A DNA stretch of 58,219 nucleotides from an uncultured Collinsella sp. (GCA_900549655.1 UROZ01000001.1:1-58219), one strand, 5' to 3'; shown: positions 29,143 to 39,630, numbered from the stretch's first letter. The notes: generated by a model not told the origin, from the letters alone. Numbers and translations: made by a program.

Positions 29143-29985
29143 ATGAGTTCCCATGCCTGTATCGAGGAGGCTCCCGTGTCTTTTGGCGTCAGATTGGCGA
29201 CCATATTAGCCGTCGGCTGCGGCTTTTGGTGCGCCTCCCATCTTTATCAGCGTTGGCGCTACGCCGCGCTGGAGCATGAGGACAAGGCCATGCTCCAGGC
29301 ACGACCCGGTGACGCCGATAGGGACAAATGGATTGACGCCGTGAAGAGGGAGGCAGCTAATTACGGCGTCAGCCCCTCGACGCTCATTTCCCTGGGGAGT
29401 AAAGGATGTATCGGCGCGGAGTTATCCATGCTTGTCGACACCGGAGCATATCTCCGCCACCATAACCCTCCCTTGGCCTCAGAAATCGCCCTTGTCTACC
29501 CTTACCTGCTTGCCTCATGGGTGGGAACGCTCATCTCGGTTCCCTACGCAGTCTTGCTGGCGACCTCTGTGGCGCTTGGGCAGGAGGACATAAGATTCAG
29601 GATTGCACCGGTGCCCATGCTGATCCTCTTTGCGGTCTCGGGCGCCGTGTCGTCCCCCTGGGGAGCATATACGTGGGCGATAATCACCGTTCCCTGCGCC
29701 GCCGTATTCGCGTTGATTTCATTTGCCATGAAGCGTATCGGGGGCATCTCCTGGCACGCCGGCGACTATCTCACACTTGCCATCGCCCTCATGGCCGTGC
29801 TGTCCGTCGGAACGGTGTTCGAGTTTCTCGCTATCCACCTTCTGTGCGCGTGCGCTCTTGAGCTTGCCATCAGGTTCATTCCCGCCTGTGCGCGCCTCAA
29901 AGACAACGTCCCCTATAACGCCGTGCTGTCGGTAAGTCTGGTCGGGGCGACGATAATCGCAATCTTGAAAGGTAATCTGCTATGA
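29143..29985 (+). CDS. Prepilin peptidase (A24, TadV/CpaA-like)
   Basis: Multi-TM protein with both aspartate motifs EDIRFRIAP and HAGDY, and a VPY C-terminal motif; located in a Tad cluster. Confidence 0.7.
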   Translation: MSSHACIEEAPVSFGVRLATILAVGCGFWCASHLYQRWRYAALEHEDKAMLQARPGDADRDKWIDAVKREAANYGVSPSTLISLGSKGCIGAELSMLVDTGAYLRHHNPPLASEIALVYPYLLASWVGTLISVPYAVLLATSVALGQEDIRFRIAPVPMLILFAVSGAVSSPWGAYTWAIITVPCAAVFALISFAMKRIGGISWHAGDYLTLAIALMAVLSVGTVFEFLAIHLLCACALELAIRFIPACARLKDNVPYNAVLSVSLVGATIIAILKGNLL

Positions 29986-30431
29986 GGTCAAGACCAACAG
30001 AACTCAGGGCGGTCATGGTGACCCAGCTCGTCCTCCTACTCCCCATCATGATCGCAATGCTCGCACTCGTCGTGGATTGCGCGAACCTGAGCCGGTGCAA
30101 GGCCCTCGCATCGGCGGCCGCATCCGAGGGGGCGCGCTACGCCGCGGCGAACCCCGATAAGAATGATTCTGAAGTCGAATCCTACGTAAGGGGCGCTATC
30201 GGTCTCGATGGCAGCTGCACAGTGGATATCGAGCGCGGCGCGCTTTCGTCCAAAGACGTGAAGCTAAGGGTTGGGGACAAGTCCAGGGACTCTTCAATAG
30301 AGCGCAAGTCCGTCACGGTCAATGTCCAAATTCCATGCCGCCGCGTATTCACCCTGGCCGTCTTCGATGGCCTTGCGGAAATTGAGCCCGAGTCATCCTC
30401 GGCAACGGCAATCTCATCGGAGGTCAAGTGA
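29982..30431 (+). CDS. TadE-like pseudopilin
   Basis: LVLLLPIMIAMLALVVD...AAASEGARYAA. Confidence 0.8.
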   Translation: MRSRPTELRAVMVTQLVLLLPIMIAMLALVVDCANLSRCKALASAAASEGARYAAANPDKNDSEVESYVRGAIGLDGSCTVDIERGALSSKDVKLRVGDKSRDSSIERKSVTVNVQIPCRRVFTLAVFDGLAEIEPESSSATAISSEVK

Positions 30432-30904
30432 TGGTGCGTAACAGAAGGCCGCTCGAGGCACTCATCTCCACTGAATTCATATTCGTATTCCCGATAGCGC
30501 TCACCGTCATCCTCGCCATCCTGGGCTTCGGGTTCACGGGCTACCAACGAGCCAGGATTGATTACTCCCTCGCACATCTCGCGGACCGGCTTCCCACGGG
30601 CTGGGATTCTATGGACGCCGACACGCTCGTGAAGAAGCTCGTAAGCGCATCGGCCGACATTGACCCAAGCTACCTCACGGTAAAGAACGCCTCGGTCAAC
30701 ATCGATTCGGATGAGAACCTCGGCCATGGAAACACCGTTGCAGGTGATTTGGGCACCGAGAACCTCAGGACCGAGGAAAGGGCCGTAACGGTGTCGGCTG
30801 AAATCACGTACGACTACCCGGCGCCCTACAACGTGTTCGGAAAGAGATCCGTCCGAAACATCACGCGTTCCTACATCAGCTATTCCGACTGGGAGGTCAT
30901 CTAG
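30428..30904 (+). CDS. TadE/TadF-like pseudopilin
   Basis: ISTEFIFVFPIALTVILAILGFG N-terminus. Confidence 0.7.
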   Translation: MMVRNRRPLEALISTEFIFVFPIALTVILAILGFGFTGYQRARIDYSLAHLADRLPTGWDSMDADTLVKKLVSASADIDPSYLTVKNASVNIDSDENLGHGNTVAGDLGTENLRTEERAVTVSAEITYDYPAPYNVFGKRSVRNITRSYISYSDWEVI

Positions 30905-31498
30905 ATGAAGCGTCCCACACTCAGGGGAAGGGGAGCCCGCGCGCAGCTCACATCCTTTTTCGTCGTGATGCTCATCCCCCTATCCCTCCTAATAGCGCTC
31001 GCCGTAGACCTGGGAGGAGCGCTCGCATATAGGACCTGGCAGGGGTCGCTTCTCGAGAGCACGAGACAGTCTTGCTTTGGTGAGGCCAATGCCGTCAAAT
31101 ATGCCGAGAACCCGGGGGATGAGGCGCGCTCCGAGGTTCTCGAGATGCTCAAGGCCAACGGTTACACCGGAAAGGCCACGGTCTATTACGTAGAGGCCCC
31201 TGAAAGCCTTTGCGGGGCAGCCGATCGCTACGCAGGCGTCTACGTAATCCTTGAGGGAACCTGGCCGTCGACTTTCGCGAGATTCGCCGGCATCGATAAG
31301 CTCAAGGTGCGCTCGGACGCCGTCTGGACCCTACATCCCTATTCGTCCACGACGGTATGGCGGCCGGCCGACACCGGTAACGGCTGGTGCGAGTACACGA
31401 TTGACAAGGAAGGTAGCGTTTCGACGAAAACGGGGGCATGCTCACTCGACGATGCGCCCGAAATTCTCTCCAAGGCCGTGAGGGACATGATTCCCTGA
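30905..31498 (+). CDS. TadG-like pseudopilin
   Basis: Hydrophobic N-terminus ending in LAVDLGG. Confidence 0.65.
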   Translation: MKRPTLRGRGARAQLTSFFVVMLIPLSLLIALAVDLGGALAYRTWQGSLLESTRQSCFGEANAVKYAENPGDEARSEVLEMLKANGYTGKATVYYVEAPESLCGAADRYAGVYVILEGTWPSTFARFAGIDKLKVRSDAVWTLHPYSSTTVWRPADTGNGWCEYTIDKEGSVSTKTGACSLDDAPEILSKAVRDMIP

Positions 31499-31543
31499 TC
31501 GACGGGCGGCAACCGTCAGCCAACACGCCACAGCACGCCATAT

Positions 31544-31597
31544 TGTCACCCAATGGCACCAAATCGCCCTGCGCAGACGGCCGCGCGGGGCGATTCT
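31544..31597 (+). promoter_or_regulatory. Box copy 6 plus -10 GATTCT (cpaB-tad operon)
   Basis: TGTCACCCAATGGCACCAAA at 31544-31563; GATTCT at 31592-31597. Confidence 0.75.
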
Positions 31598-31811
31598 TTA
31601 TATGTCGGAATAGCACGGCAGGCCGAAGAGCCCTCGAGCCCGATGTGCGACCCGATGCGTCAGAGACTGGTCTGCTCAACCAAAAAGGCTTTCGAGATGG
31701 TTTGTGCGGCGGCAGAGAAAGTGCGGCCAGTATCACCTGACACTGGAGAGCGAACCATTTTCCACCGCTCGCGTTTAAGGGACTCCTAGGTCCCAGGAAG
31801 GTATCTTAAAG

Positions 31812-32762
31812 ATGAAAAAACGGACCCAGGAGGAAATAAGGGCAGAAATCGCCCAAGTCGAGTCGGAAATGCGCACGGCCATCGACTCCGGGCGCATGCG
31901 CAGCGTCGAACGGCTCCGCGGGCGCAAGCAGGCGCTCGGCCATGAACTGGAGCGCGCCATGGCGCAGGAGGCCGCCATGGGGGCGACCACGTCGACGCAG
32001 ATGCCCGCCGCGGCCCCCGCGCCCGCACAGGGCGGCCAGAGGACCACGTCGACGTCAGGTGCCGCGACCGCTCGCAGGCAGCGCGGGCCGGCAGCCGGGG
32101 GAACGCGTAAGGACCGGAGGCTCGCCGCCGTCGCCGGCGTGGCGATCGCCGTCGCAGTCGTGACGGTAGGTTTCTCGGGCTGGCGATGGACTCAGGCGCA
32201 GGGCGAGCTCGCGCGTCTCGAGAAGTCGACCGTCAAGGTAGTCACCGTCACGCGCGATGTCGTCCCCGGCGAAGTCATCACTTCGGCAGACCTTACGGTC
32301 GCAAGCGTGCCCACGGCGTTTGCGCCCAAGGACGCGGCGAAGAAGGTATCCGATGTGGCGGGCCGTCAGTCCGTGACGCAGCAGACCTCGGGGACCGCAG
32401 TTTCCCTCTCCTCCGTATCAGGCTCGAAGAAACCCGCCTCCATCACCACCGCCGTAACCGAGGGCCACGTTGCCTACACCGTCGCACTCGACAGCTCGAC
32501 CGGCCTCTCGCCGCTGCTCTCGGTCGGTGACAAGGTCGATGTTCTCGCGAGCGTGAACGACGGCCAGGTCGTGAGCACCGTGCGCGTGGCCGACTCCATT
32601 CGCGTACTGGCGCTGGACGGCAACCTCTCGGGCTCCAAGTCAGACGGTTACTCCAACGTCACAATCGAGGTAACTGAGGACCAGGCCCTCGCCCTTTCGA
32701 GCGCGAGCGGCATCCGACTCGTGGCCCTTCCCGAGACGGGGGAGGCGCAAAATGCTGAATAG
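31812..32762 (+). CDS. cpaB: Flp pilus assembly protein CpaB/RcpC
   Basis: TM helix, SAF domain (VVTVTRDVVPGEVIT), LSVGDKVDVL, IRVLALD, NVTIEVT. Confidence 0.88.
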   Translation: MKKRTQEEIRAEIAQVESEMRTAIDSGRMRSVERLRGRKQALGHELERAMAQEAAMGATTSTQMPAAAPAPAQGGQRTTSTSGAATARRQRGPAAGGTRKDRRLAAVAGVAIAVAVVTVGFSGWRWTQAQGELARLEKSTVKVVTVTRDVVPGEVITSADLTVASVPTAFAPKDAAKKVSDVAGRQSVTQQTSGTAVSLSSVSGSKKPASITTAVTEGHVAYTVALDSSTGLSPLLSVGDKVDVLASVNDGQVVSTVRVADSIRVLALDGNLSGSKSDGYSNVTIEVTEDQALALSSASGIRLVALPETGEAQNAE

Positions 32763-34053
32763 CGATCTGCTCGGCATCGAACGCGAGGCCGTCCGTCAGG
32801 CGACGGGGATCCTGACTGCCGCCAACGATGCCTCCGAGAGCGATGTGCAGCGCGACTCGCGCGCTCGCGACCTCCTTGCCGAGATTATAGATTCCAGTCC
32901 CGAGGGGTCGCGTCTGGACGACGACTCCTTTGATGCCGTGATCCAGGCCGGCCTCAACGACCTATATTACCTGGGCCCCATCGAGGAGCTGCTTCCGGAT
33001 ACGTCGATCTCCGAAATCATGGTGAACGCCCCGGACGATGTGTGGGTTGAGCGTGCTGGACTACTTCAGAGAGTCCCCGTCGCCTTCGAAGACGACGACC
33101 ACGTCAAGTTCATCATCAATCGCATAGCTTCAGCCGACGGTCGCCGCTGCGACGAGGCGCAGCCGCTGTGCGACTGCATCCTGAACCGCCCCGGCGCGAT
33201 ATTCAACGGCTCCCGTGTCGCGGCGACCGCAAAGGGCATCGCCGTCGACCACAACATTCTCAACATCCGTAAGTTTCGACCGGATGCGGTGGAACCCGAG
33301 GACCTCATGGCCCTCGGCACCTTCGACCAGCGCATGCTCGAGTTCATGGAGGCGATTGTACTCGGCCGAATGAACGTCGTCATCGCAGGCGGCACCGGCT
33401 CGGGCAAGACGACGCTCCTCAACGCCTGTTCGTCCTTCATCCCGGACAACCAGCGCATCGTAACGATCGAGGACGCGCCGGAGCTGCGCCTCCAGAAGCC
33501 CCATGTCGTACGCAAGACGGCTCGCCGACCCAATATCGAGGGCGAGGGCGAGATCACCATCCGGCAGCTCGTAATACACGCGCTGCGCGAGCGCCCCGAC
33601 CGAATCGTCGTCGGCGAGTGCCGCGGCGGCGAGGCGTTCGACATGATCCAGGCGATGATGACGGGACACGAGGGCTCGCTCACGACCGTCCACTCCTCCA
33701 ACGCGCGCGAGGCCATGACCCGCCTGCGCTCGATGATCCAGCAGACCGGAACCGAGATGCGAAGCGAGCAGATCATGGAGCTCATCGCCTCGGCCATCGA
33801 CTTCGTCATCTTCGTCAACCGCTACGATATCGACGGCTCGCGCAAGATCACCGAGATCGCCGAGGTCCAGGGCATGCAGGGCGACGTCATCACCATGGGC
33901 ACCATCATGCGTTTCGAGCAAACGGGATTTTCCGAGGACGGCAAGGTGCTTGGAGAGTTCATGCCCACCGGAGAGCGCATCACCCCGGCACATCGCGAGA
34001 AGCTCTTCGCGCGCGGCGTGTACATCGATGACGATTTCTGGTTCCGTCGATGA
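32752..34053 (+). CDS. tadA: Pilus assembly ATPase CpaF/TadA
   Basis: SEIMVN, Walker A GGTGSGKT, TIED, RPDRIVVGECRG, GHEGSLTTVH. Confidence 0.95.
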   Translation: MLNSDLLGIEREAVRQATGILTAANDASESDVQRDSRARDLLAEIIDSSPEGSRLDDDSFDAVIQAGLNDLYYLGPIEELLPDTSISEIMVNAPDDVWVERAGLLQRVPVAFEDDDHVKFIINRIASADGRRCDEAQPLCDCILNRPGAIFNGSRVAATAKGIAVDHNILNIRKFRPDAVEPEDLMALGTFDQRMLEFMEAIVLGRMNVVIAGGTGSGKTTLLNACSSFIPDNQRIVTIEDAPELRLQKPHVVRKTARRPNIEGEGEITIRQLVIHALRERPDRIVVGECRGGEAFDMIQAMMTGHEGSLTTVHSSNAREAMTRLRSMIQQTGTEMRSEQIMELIASAIDFVIFVNRYDIDGSRKITEIAEVQGMQGDVITMGTIMRFEQTGFSEDGKVLGEFMPTGERITPAHREKLFARGVYIDDDFWFRR

Positions 34054-34952
34054 GCGGGCAGATTTCCCCGGCAGCCCTCCTTCCCGCGCTGCCGGCGGTG
34101 CTGATGGGAATAATCCTGTTCCTGACGGCAAGAAAGCTTCGCATCGAGCGTGAGCAGTCAGAAGCAGGGCCCCTTCCGGAAAATCCATCCGACAAAGATG
34201 GGGGAAACCGCCTTGCCGGCGCCCTGCGACGCGTGTGCCAGGGCGCGGCGCCCCAGCTCTCCACCACCGAGGCGGCACAGCTATGGGCGGTAATCGCATT
34301 CGCGCCTTCGGTCTTTATCCTTGCAATGGGCTCGACAGCGGGAGCGGTCGCCGCGCTCCCACTCGGAATCGCTGCCTTCCCGATCTGGGTGAAGTCGAAG
34401 CGCGGGGCCGAGCAGGGTCTTTTCGAGGAGCAGCTCGGACAGGCGATGCCGCTTATCGCATCGAACCTTCGAACGGGAGCCTCGATCGCGCAATCGGTGG
34501 CACCGGTCGCAGAGCACATGGATGAGCCCCTGAAGTCCGAGTTCGCCATCCTCGAGCGCGACCTTAGAAACGGACGCCCCATCGACCAGGCACTCGACGA
34601 TATGGCAATAAGGACCAAAAGCTCCAACCTCAGGCTCTATTCAACGGCCGTATCGGTATCGCAGCAGACCGGCGGCTCGCTTTCCGAGATCACGGAGCGT
34701 GTCGGCGAGGCCATCCGGGCAAAGGTCAAGGCGAAGCGCTCGGCCGAGACCAAGACCTCCTCGGCACGGTTCGAGGCGAAGATTGTCGGCTTCGCACCGG
34801 TCGTCATGCTGCTGCTCATGTCGGTTGCCTCGGAAATGCACCGGCAGTTCTTCATGACGCCTGCGGGGTGGGCGTGCCTGGGCGTTGGCATAGCGCTCGA
34901 TATCATCGGTTTCATGGTGCTGAAGCAAATTAGCAACATCAGGTACGACTAG
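34050..34952 (+). CDS. tadB: TadB (T2SS F-family) platform protein
   Basis: IASNLRTGAS, EPLKSEF, QTGGSL and terminal TM helices. Confidence 0.88.
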   Translation: MSGQISPAALLPALPAVLMGIILFLTARKLRIEREQSEAGPLPENPSDKDGGNRLAGALRRVCQGAAPQLSTTEAAQLWAVIAFAPSVFILAMGSTAGAVAALPLGIAAFPIWVKSKRGAEQGLFEEQLGQAMPLIASNLRTGASIAQSVAPVAEHMDEPLKSEFAILERDLRNGRPIDQALDDMAIRTKSSNLRLYSTAVSVSQQTGGSLSEITERVGEAIRAKVKAKRSAETKTSSARFEAKIVGFAPVVMLLLMSVASEMHRQFFMTPAGWACLGVGIALDIIGFMVLKQISNIRYD

Positions 34953-34962
34953 GGGAGCTCAG

Positions 34963-35832
34963 ATGTTCGAATCAATAACAACTGGCTTCATTATCATCCT
35001 CATCGGAATCGCCGCGGGCCTCGGAGTGGACATCGCCCTCAAACGCGTCTTCGGCCTAGAGCAGCCTGCGGAAGAGGACGCCTCCCCGGCGCTTCCCGGA
35101 ATCGCCGACAAGCTTTCCAACGTTGTCTCCAGGCTCGCTCCCATTTCGCGCACCGTAATGGACTCGACGCGCGACTCCCTCGACCGCGCCGGATCCACCA
35201 TGCAGCCGGCGACCTTCTGGGCCTTCCGCGTCGCGAGCGCTGCGGGATTCACGGCGGCGGGACTCGTCGCGTCGCTTTTCGTCGGCGGGGCAAAGGGTTT
35301 AGGCATTTTCGCCGCGCTGGCGCTCACGGGAATCGCCATCCCGCAGCTGTGGCTTTTGAATGAGCGCGCAAAATGGCGCGACGAGCTCGACCGACAGCTT
35401 CCCGACGCCCTCGATCTGCTCGCAATCTGCATGTCGGCGGGCTCATCTATCGATTTCGCCCTGCACACGGTCGGCAGCAAGATGGACGGCGCCATCGCGC
35501 AGGGCTTCGAGCGAGTGGCCAACGAGGCCAGCTTCTCATCGCGAACCGAGGCACTCCTTCGCTTCGCAGAGCGAGCCTGCGTGCCGTCCCTCACGATCTT
35601 CGCGGCCTCGTTTGCGCAATCCGAGCGCGCGGGCGGATCTCTCGTCGACATCATCCGCGACCAGGCGGAGACGGTTCGCGAGCAACGGCGCCTGAAGGTC
35701 GAGTCGGAGATCGAGAAGCTCGGTACCAAGATGCTCTTCCCGATCATCCTGTTTATCCTTCCGGTGTTTCTGATCGTCGTCCTCGCCCCCGTGTTGGCCC
35801 AGATCGCGCAGACGTTCACCTCTCTCATGTAG
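34963..35832 (+). CDS. tadC: TadC platform protein
   Basis: LPDALDLLAICMSAG...KMLFPIILFILP. Confidence 0.9.
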   Translation: MFESITTGFIIILIGIAAGLGVDIALKRVFGLEQPAEEDASPALPGIADKLSNVVSRLAPISRTVMDSTRDSLDRAGSTMQPATFWAFRVASAAGFTAAGLVASLFVGGAKGLGIFAALALTGIAIPQLWLLNERAKWRDELDRQLPDALDLLAICMSAGSSIDFALHTVGSKMDGAIAQGFERVANEASFSSRTEALLRFAERACVPSLTIFAASFAQSERAGGSLVDIIRDQAETVREQRRLKVESEIEKLGTKMLFPIILFILPVFLIVVLAPVLAQIAQTFTSLM

Positions 35833-35842
35833 GAGACGGCCC

Positions 35843-36220
35843 ATGAGCTTCGAATACGATATCCCCTGCGTGGCCACCACCCGGTCCGGCGCCGAGGTCC
35901 CGATTTCCCTCAAGATCGCCAAGTCCTTCAGGGACAAGGCGATCGGGTATATGGGCGCCAAGTCAATCGGCAAATCCACCGGCATGGTCTACGCAAGGGG
36001 CAGGTCGCTCCATACCCTGTTCATGCGCGTCCCGATTGATGTCTGCTGGATTGGCCGTTTCGACCCCTCAGATCAGTCCTGGCCGGTAGTCTCGCTCGAT
36101 GCCTCAGTCGCCCCATGGCGCATTCTTTTCGCACCGCGGGGGGCTGTGGGCGGCATCGAGGTCGCACCCGGGACGTTCACCGAGTCGGACCGCCCGATCT
36201 CTATCAGGAGACTCGATTGA
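35843..36220 (+). CDS. DUF192-like protein
   Basis: IAKSFRDKAIGYMG...LHTLFMRVPIDVCW...IEV; this family is often found next to tad loci. Confidence 0.75.
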   Translation: MSFEYDIPCVATTRSGAEVPISLKIAKSFRDKAIGYMGAKSIGKSTGMVYARGRSLHTLFMRVPIDVCWIGRFDPSDQSWPVVSLDASVAPWRILFAPRGAVGGIEVAPGTFTESDRPISIRRLD

Positions 36221-37710
36221 ACCAAATTAAGGTAGCGAAGATCGTACGCTGTGCCTCAGCGGCGCTCGCCGTCATCCTGTCAATGGCCGTTATGGCCTTG
36301 ATTCCCACCATCAGGTCGGCGGGGACGCTTGATACGGACGGATGGTTCCTTCTGGCCTCGGGGCGCGTGGTCGTCGAATCAGGCGTCCCGAGCACGAACC
36401 CATTCACCGCAATCGCCGGCCAGGGTATCGTGCTCCAGCAGTGGCTGCACGATGTGTGGCTCTACCTGTGTTGGAGGGCCGCGGGCTATGCGGGCGTCGC
36501 CGTCTCCGTGGCGATACCTGCCGCGCTCGCCCTGTGGGCCTATACCGGCACCGTTTCCAGGCTGGCGCAAAACCCACGCTACCCCTGGGCACCGTTGCTG
36601 ATCGGTGCGCTCGGCTTTACCCTCATGGCCTCGTATCTGTCCATCCGTCCGTCCCTTTGGACGGCAGCGCTGCTGTTTGTCGCAATCTCCCTGTGCTTGG
36701 AGTGGCGGCGAGGCGCCGATAAGCGTTTGCTACTTGGGCTTCCCGTAGTATCGCTGCTGTCGGTGAATCTGCAGGCTGCGCTTTGGCCCTTGCCGGCCGC
36801 CGCCGCAGCGTGCTTCCTGCTTCCGGAAGAGGGCGAGTTCGAGCCGAGCAATGCATGCGAGGCACTCCGCGCGTGGTCACAGTCCAGACTGCCCCTGCTT
36901 GCGGCGATTGCCGGAATGGCAGCGGAATCCCTTGTCAACCCGTATGCAATCGACGGCTCGCTCTATGTGCTCCGCTCACTAGGTGCAGCATCGTACGGTG
37001 GGGTCATCCTCGAGCTGAAGCCGGTGTGGGCGATGCCGGCGGCAGCCCTGCTCTGGTGCGTTTCGATCCTCGCGGCAACCATATCGTGCGCCCTCGCGCG
37101 CCGGTTCCCGCCCAGATGGCTTCTGGCTTTTTGGCTGGCGTCCGCAATTGCCGGGGCGCTCGCCGTCAGGTGCCTCTGGATAACGTGGACCGTCTCGTTT
37201 CTGATCGTCGCGGTATCTGCCGGGCGCAAGGACGAACTCGAGCCCCAGATATATCGTTTGCTCATTGCAGGCAGGATGGCCTTGAGCCTTGTCATGGCGC
37301 TCTCCGTCATCAACAGCGGACTTCACTCAATCGAGCCCGAGACAAGCGGAGTGGAATCCGGTTGGTGCGGTATCGATGCGGATATGGGGCAGATCGTCGA
37401 GGCCCTGGGCGACAACCCCGGTCGCATATGGTCCGAGGACGCCGCCGTGATGAATTACCTCGAATGGGCCGAGGTGCCCGTGACATACGATATGCGGCCT
37501 GAGATCTGGTCTGAGGCAATCGCCGGGGACGGCGCGGCCAATGACTACCGACTCTACGTTGACAGCCTGGAAGGCGGCTTTGGGCGCCTAAGGGAGGACG
37601 GCTGGGCATGGGCAATCGTGATGGACTCCCATGGGAAACGCCTGGAGAAAGCCTGTCCCGGCGCCGAGAAGACGGCGAGCGGCAGGGGATACGCGCTCTA
37701 TCGGTTGTGA
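36217..37710 (+). CDS. Polytopic membrane protein, possible GT-C glycosyltransferase
   Basis: More than 10 TM segments; DTDGWFLLASGR...P..NPF...QWL, RP and NPY motifs; start uncertain. Confidence 0.6.
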   Translation: MNQIKVAKIVRCASAALAVILSMAVMALIPTIRSAGTLDTDGWFLLASGRVVVESGVPSTNPFTAIAGQGIVLQQWLHDVWLYLCWRAAGYAGVAVSVAIPAALALWAYTGTVSRLAQNPRYPWAPLLIGALGFTLMASYLSIRPSLWTAALLFVAISLCLEWRRGADKRLLLGLPVVSLLSVNLQAALWPLPAAAAACFLLPEEGEFEPSNACEALRAWSQSRLPLLAAIAGMAAESLVNPYAIDGSLYVLRSLGAASYGGVILELKPVWAMPAAALLWCVSILAATISCALARRFPPRWLLAFWLASAIAGALAVRCLWITWTVSFLIVAVSAGRKDELEPQIYRLLIAGRMALSLVMALSVINSGLHSIEPETSGVESGWCGIDADMGQIVEALGDNPGRIWSEDAAVMNYLEWAEVPVTYDMRPEIWSEAIAGDGAANDYRLYVDSLEGGFGRLREDGWAWAIVMDSHGKRLEKACPGAEKTASGRGYALYRL

Positions 37711-37738
37711 TATGAAATGGATTGATGGGTGATAACGT

Positions 37739-38284
37739 ATGGGTAGCGTCAACGTCGGCAGGAGGGCCGTCCTGGCAGGTATCGGCTCGATGGCCCTCAT
37801 GGGATGCGGCTGCGCCAAGAAGTCGGATAAATCGGACGACTCGAAGAAGAAAAAGAAATCCGAGAAGAGCGAGGACGAGGCGTTCTCCTTCGGAGGCATA
37901 GGGGACACGGGCTCATCCGATGCCTCCAGGGGGCTTACGGTCGATGGCGTCTACAAGAGGGTCGTCACGGACTCGAGGGGCAAGGAGTATCGATTCCTGC
38001 TCGTCAGCATGACATTCGAGAACAACCTCGACCATGACGGACGGGCACCGGTGTCCTACGTCTCGTGCTACCAAAACGGCGTGAAGCTGTCCCATTGCAC
38101 GAAATACAGCGACCCGAATGCCTCGAAGACACTCGAGCCCGGCTACTCGATTTCAGTCTGCACCGCATTTCTGCTGGAAGACGAAGGCCAACCCGTAAAG
38201 GTGAAGATCAAGTCATCGAATTCATCGGATTACGTCTACGAGAACACCTACCCGATCTCGCATCTGGATTATGAGGCCCTCTAG
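37739..38284 (+). CDS. Secreted/lipoprotein, DUF5067-like
   Basis: RRAVL...ALMGC signal; FENN...YQNGVKL...LEPG motif. Confidence 0.65.
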   Translation: MGSVNVGRRAVLAGIGSMALMGCGCAKKSDKSDDSKKKKKSEKSEDEAFSFGGIGDTGSSDASRGLTVDGVYKRVVTDSRGKEYRFLLVSMTFENNLDHDGRAPVSYVSCYQNGVKLSHCTKYSDPNASKTLEPGYSISVCTAFLLEDEGQPVKVKIKSSNSSDYVYENTYPISHLDYEAL

Positions 38285-38532
38285 GAGTCCTCTCCTGCGC
38301 GCACGATGTAATAGCCATCACCGTCCTTGACGATGAAACGGTGGACCGGTCTGCCCTTCCACTCGATCTCCACGCTCCAGATACGGGCGAGAGAGCCCGT
38401 CTTGCGCCCGGGGCAGGGGACAGATGCGCCCGTGGAGCGGACCTGGAATCTACGACCGTCGGAAAGCTCAATCCATCTGAACTTCGGCTCCCTACCGGGT
38501 CTCTCCACGACGCTGACCGTAACGGGAGTCAT
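38281..38532 (-). CDS. Small hypothetical protein
   Basis: P..IELSDGRRF motif similar to 39787..40071. Confidence 0.55.
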   Translation of the reverse strand: MTPVTVSVVERPGREPKFRWIELSDGRRFQVRSTGASVPCPGRKTGSLARIWSVEIEWKGRPVHRFIVKDGDGYYIVRAGEDS

Positions 38533-38605
38533 TTTCGCTCCAAAAGATTCTCATGGCCATGGGGGATTAGAGAGTTGCCCAGCGAGCGCATCTGCGCGCT
38601 CATGG

Positions 38606-39448
38606 CTATTCCGGTCTAAATACGGGCATTGCGCGGGCGGGTGCCGGGACAACCCTTTCCGCTGGCTCCGGCTCGCTCTTAAGCTCAGCCTTCCTCGGAT
38701 TGCCATAGAAGTCGCCGACAACCCACGGCTCGTTAACGCCCAGATGCTCCTCGAGCATCGGCGCGACACGCTGATCCCATATCTCGAGATCGGTATCGAA
38801 TACCTCACGCGCCTTTTTGAGAATCGAGTCACGGTACTGGGCGGGAACCCCTTCCGAGATGAAGCCCGCCTCATTCATTTTGCGAATGAAATCAGGGGAA
38901 GACCCCGAATCTAGAACTAGTCTAATTTTCTCTTTGGCAGAGACATCCTTCCTATAGGTGGTGTCTAGCATGTCCTCAGCATAATCCGGGCTAAAGGTCG
39001 TAAGGCCATGTGTTTTGGAAAGATGGCAGAGGGCTCGCAATTCTGACCCCTTGCCTACAATAGTGGCTCTTTCATCAAAAAGGCGATGGGGCAACCTGCA
39101 ATCACCAGGATAATTACCTGCGTAGTGTTTAATATAGTCGAGACTCTTCCGAGATAAACTACCGAAGCATAGGGCGTTATCTGGCAAACAAATCTCGATT
39201 CCCTGTGTTTTTAGGGCGCATGCAAGAATGGGAAACTCCAAAAGCAAACAATCGAAGCCACGCGGTAGCGGGTGATCAGTTTTAGATTCCTTTTTATTCT
39301 TGCGGAACGATAGGTTCGCCCTGGTGAAATCGACGGTCACCAGATAACCTGTACTGTCATTCATTCCGCAAAAGGCCGTTAGTGTTTCAAGAACATCTTT
39401 CTCCACCATGGCTTCAGTCTTAATGGAAACATCGTTTGCGAATCTCAA
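38606..39448 (-). CDS. Hypothetical protein; 5' end possibly frameshifted
   Basis: 280 aa lower-GC ORF without a clear RBS. The best RBS+ATG (39591) is out of frame, and there is an A7 tract at 39468-39474. Confidence 0.55.
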   Translation of the reverse strand: MRFANDVSIKTEAMVEKDVLETLTAFCGMNDSTGYLVTVDFTRANLSFRKNKKESKTDHPLPRGFDCLLLEFPILACALKTQGIEICLPDNALCFGSLSRKSLDYIKHYAGNYPGDCRLPHRLFDERATIVGKGSELRALCHLSKTHGLTTFSPDYAEDMLDTTYRKDVSAKEKIRLVLDSGSSPDFIRKMNEAGFISEGVPAQYRDSILKKAREVFDTDLEIWDQRVAPMLEEHLGVNEPWVVGDFYGNPRKAELKSEPEPAERVVPAPARAMPVFRPE

Positions 39449-39630
39449 TGTCTCTGGGCATTTCTCATTTTTTTGACCGTTACCATACCAACAGCAAAGT
39501 CATCGAAATTCGGTCTGGATTCGTTGGGCATATCGTCTTTTGGCATTTTCGGAACCAACGGGACAAAAATGCTAGTAGTTTTCTTAACCATAACCGTTTA
39601 GCCCTTTCTTCCAGGGATTTCCATGAGATT

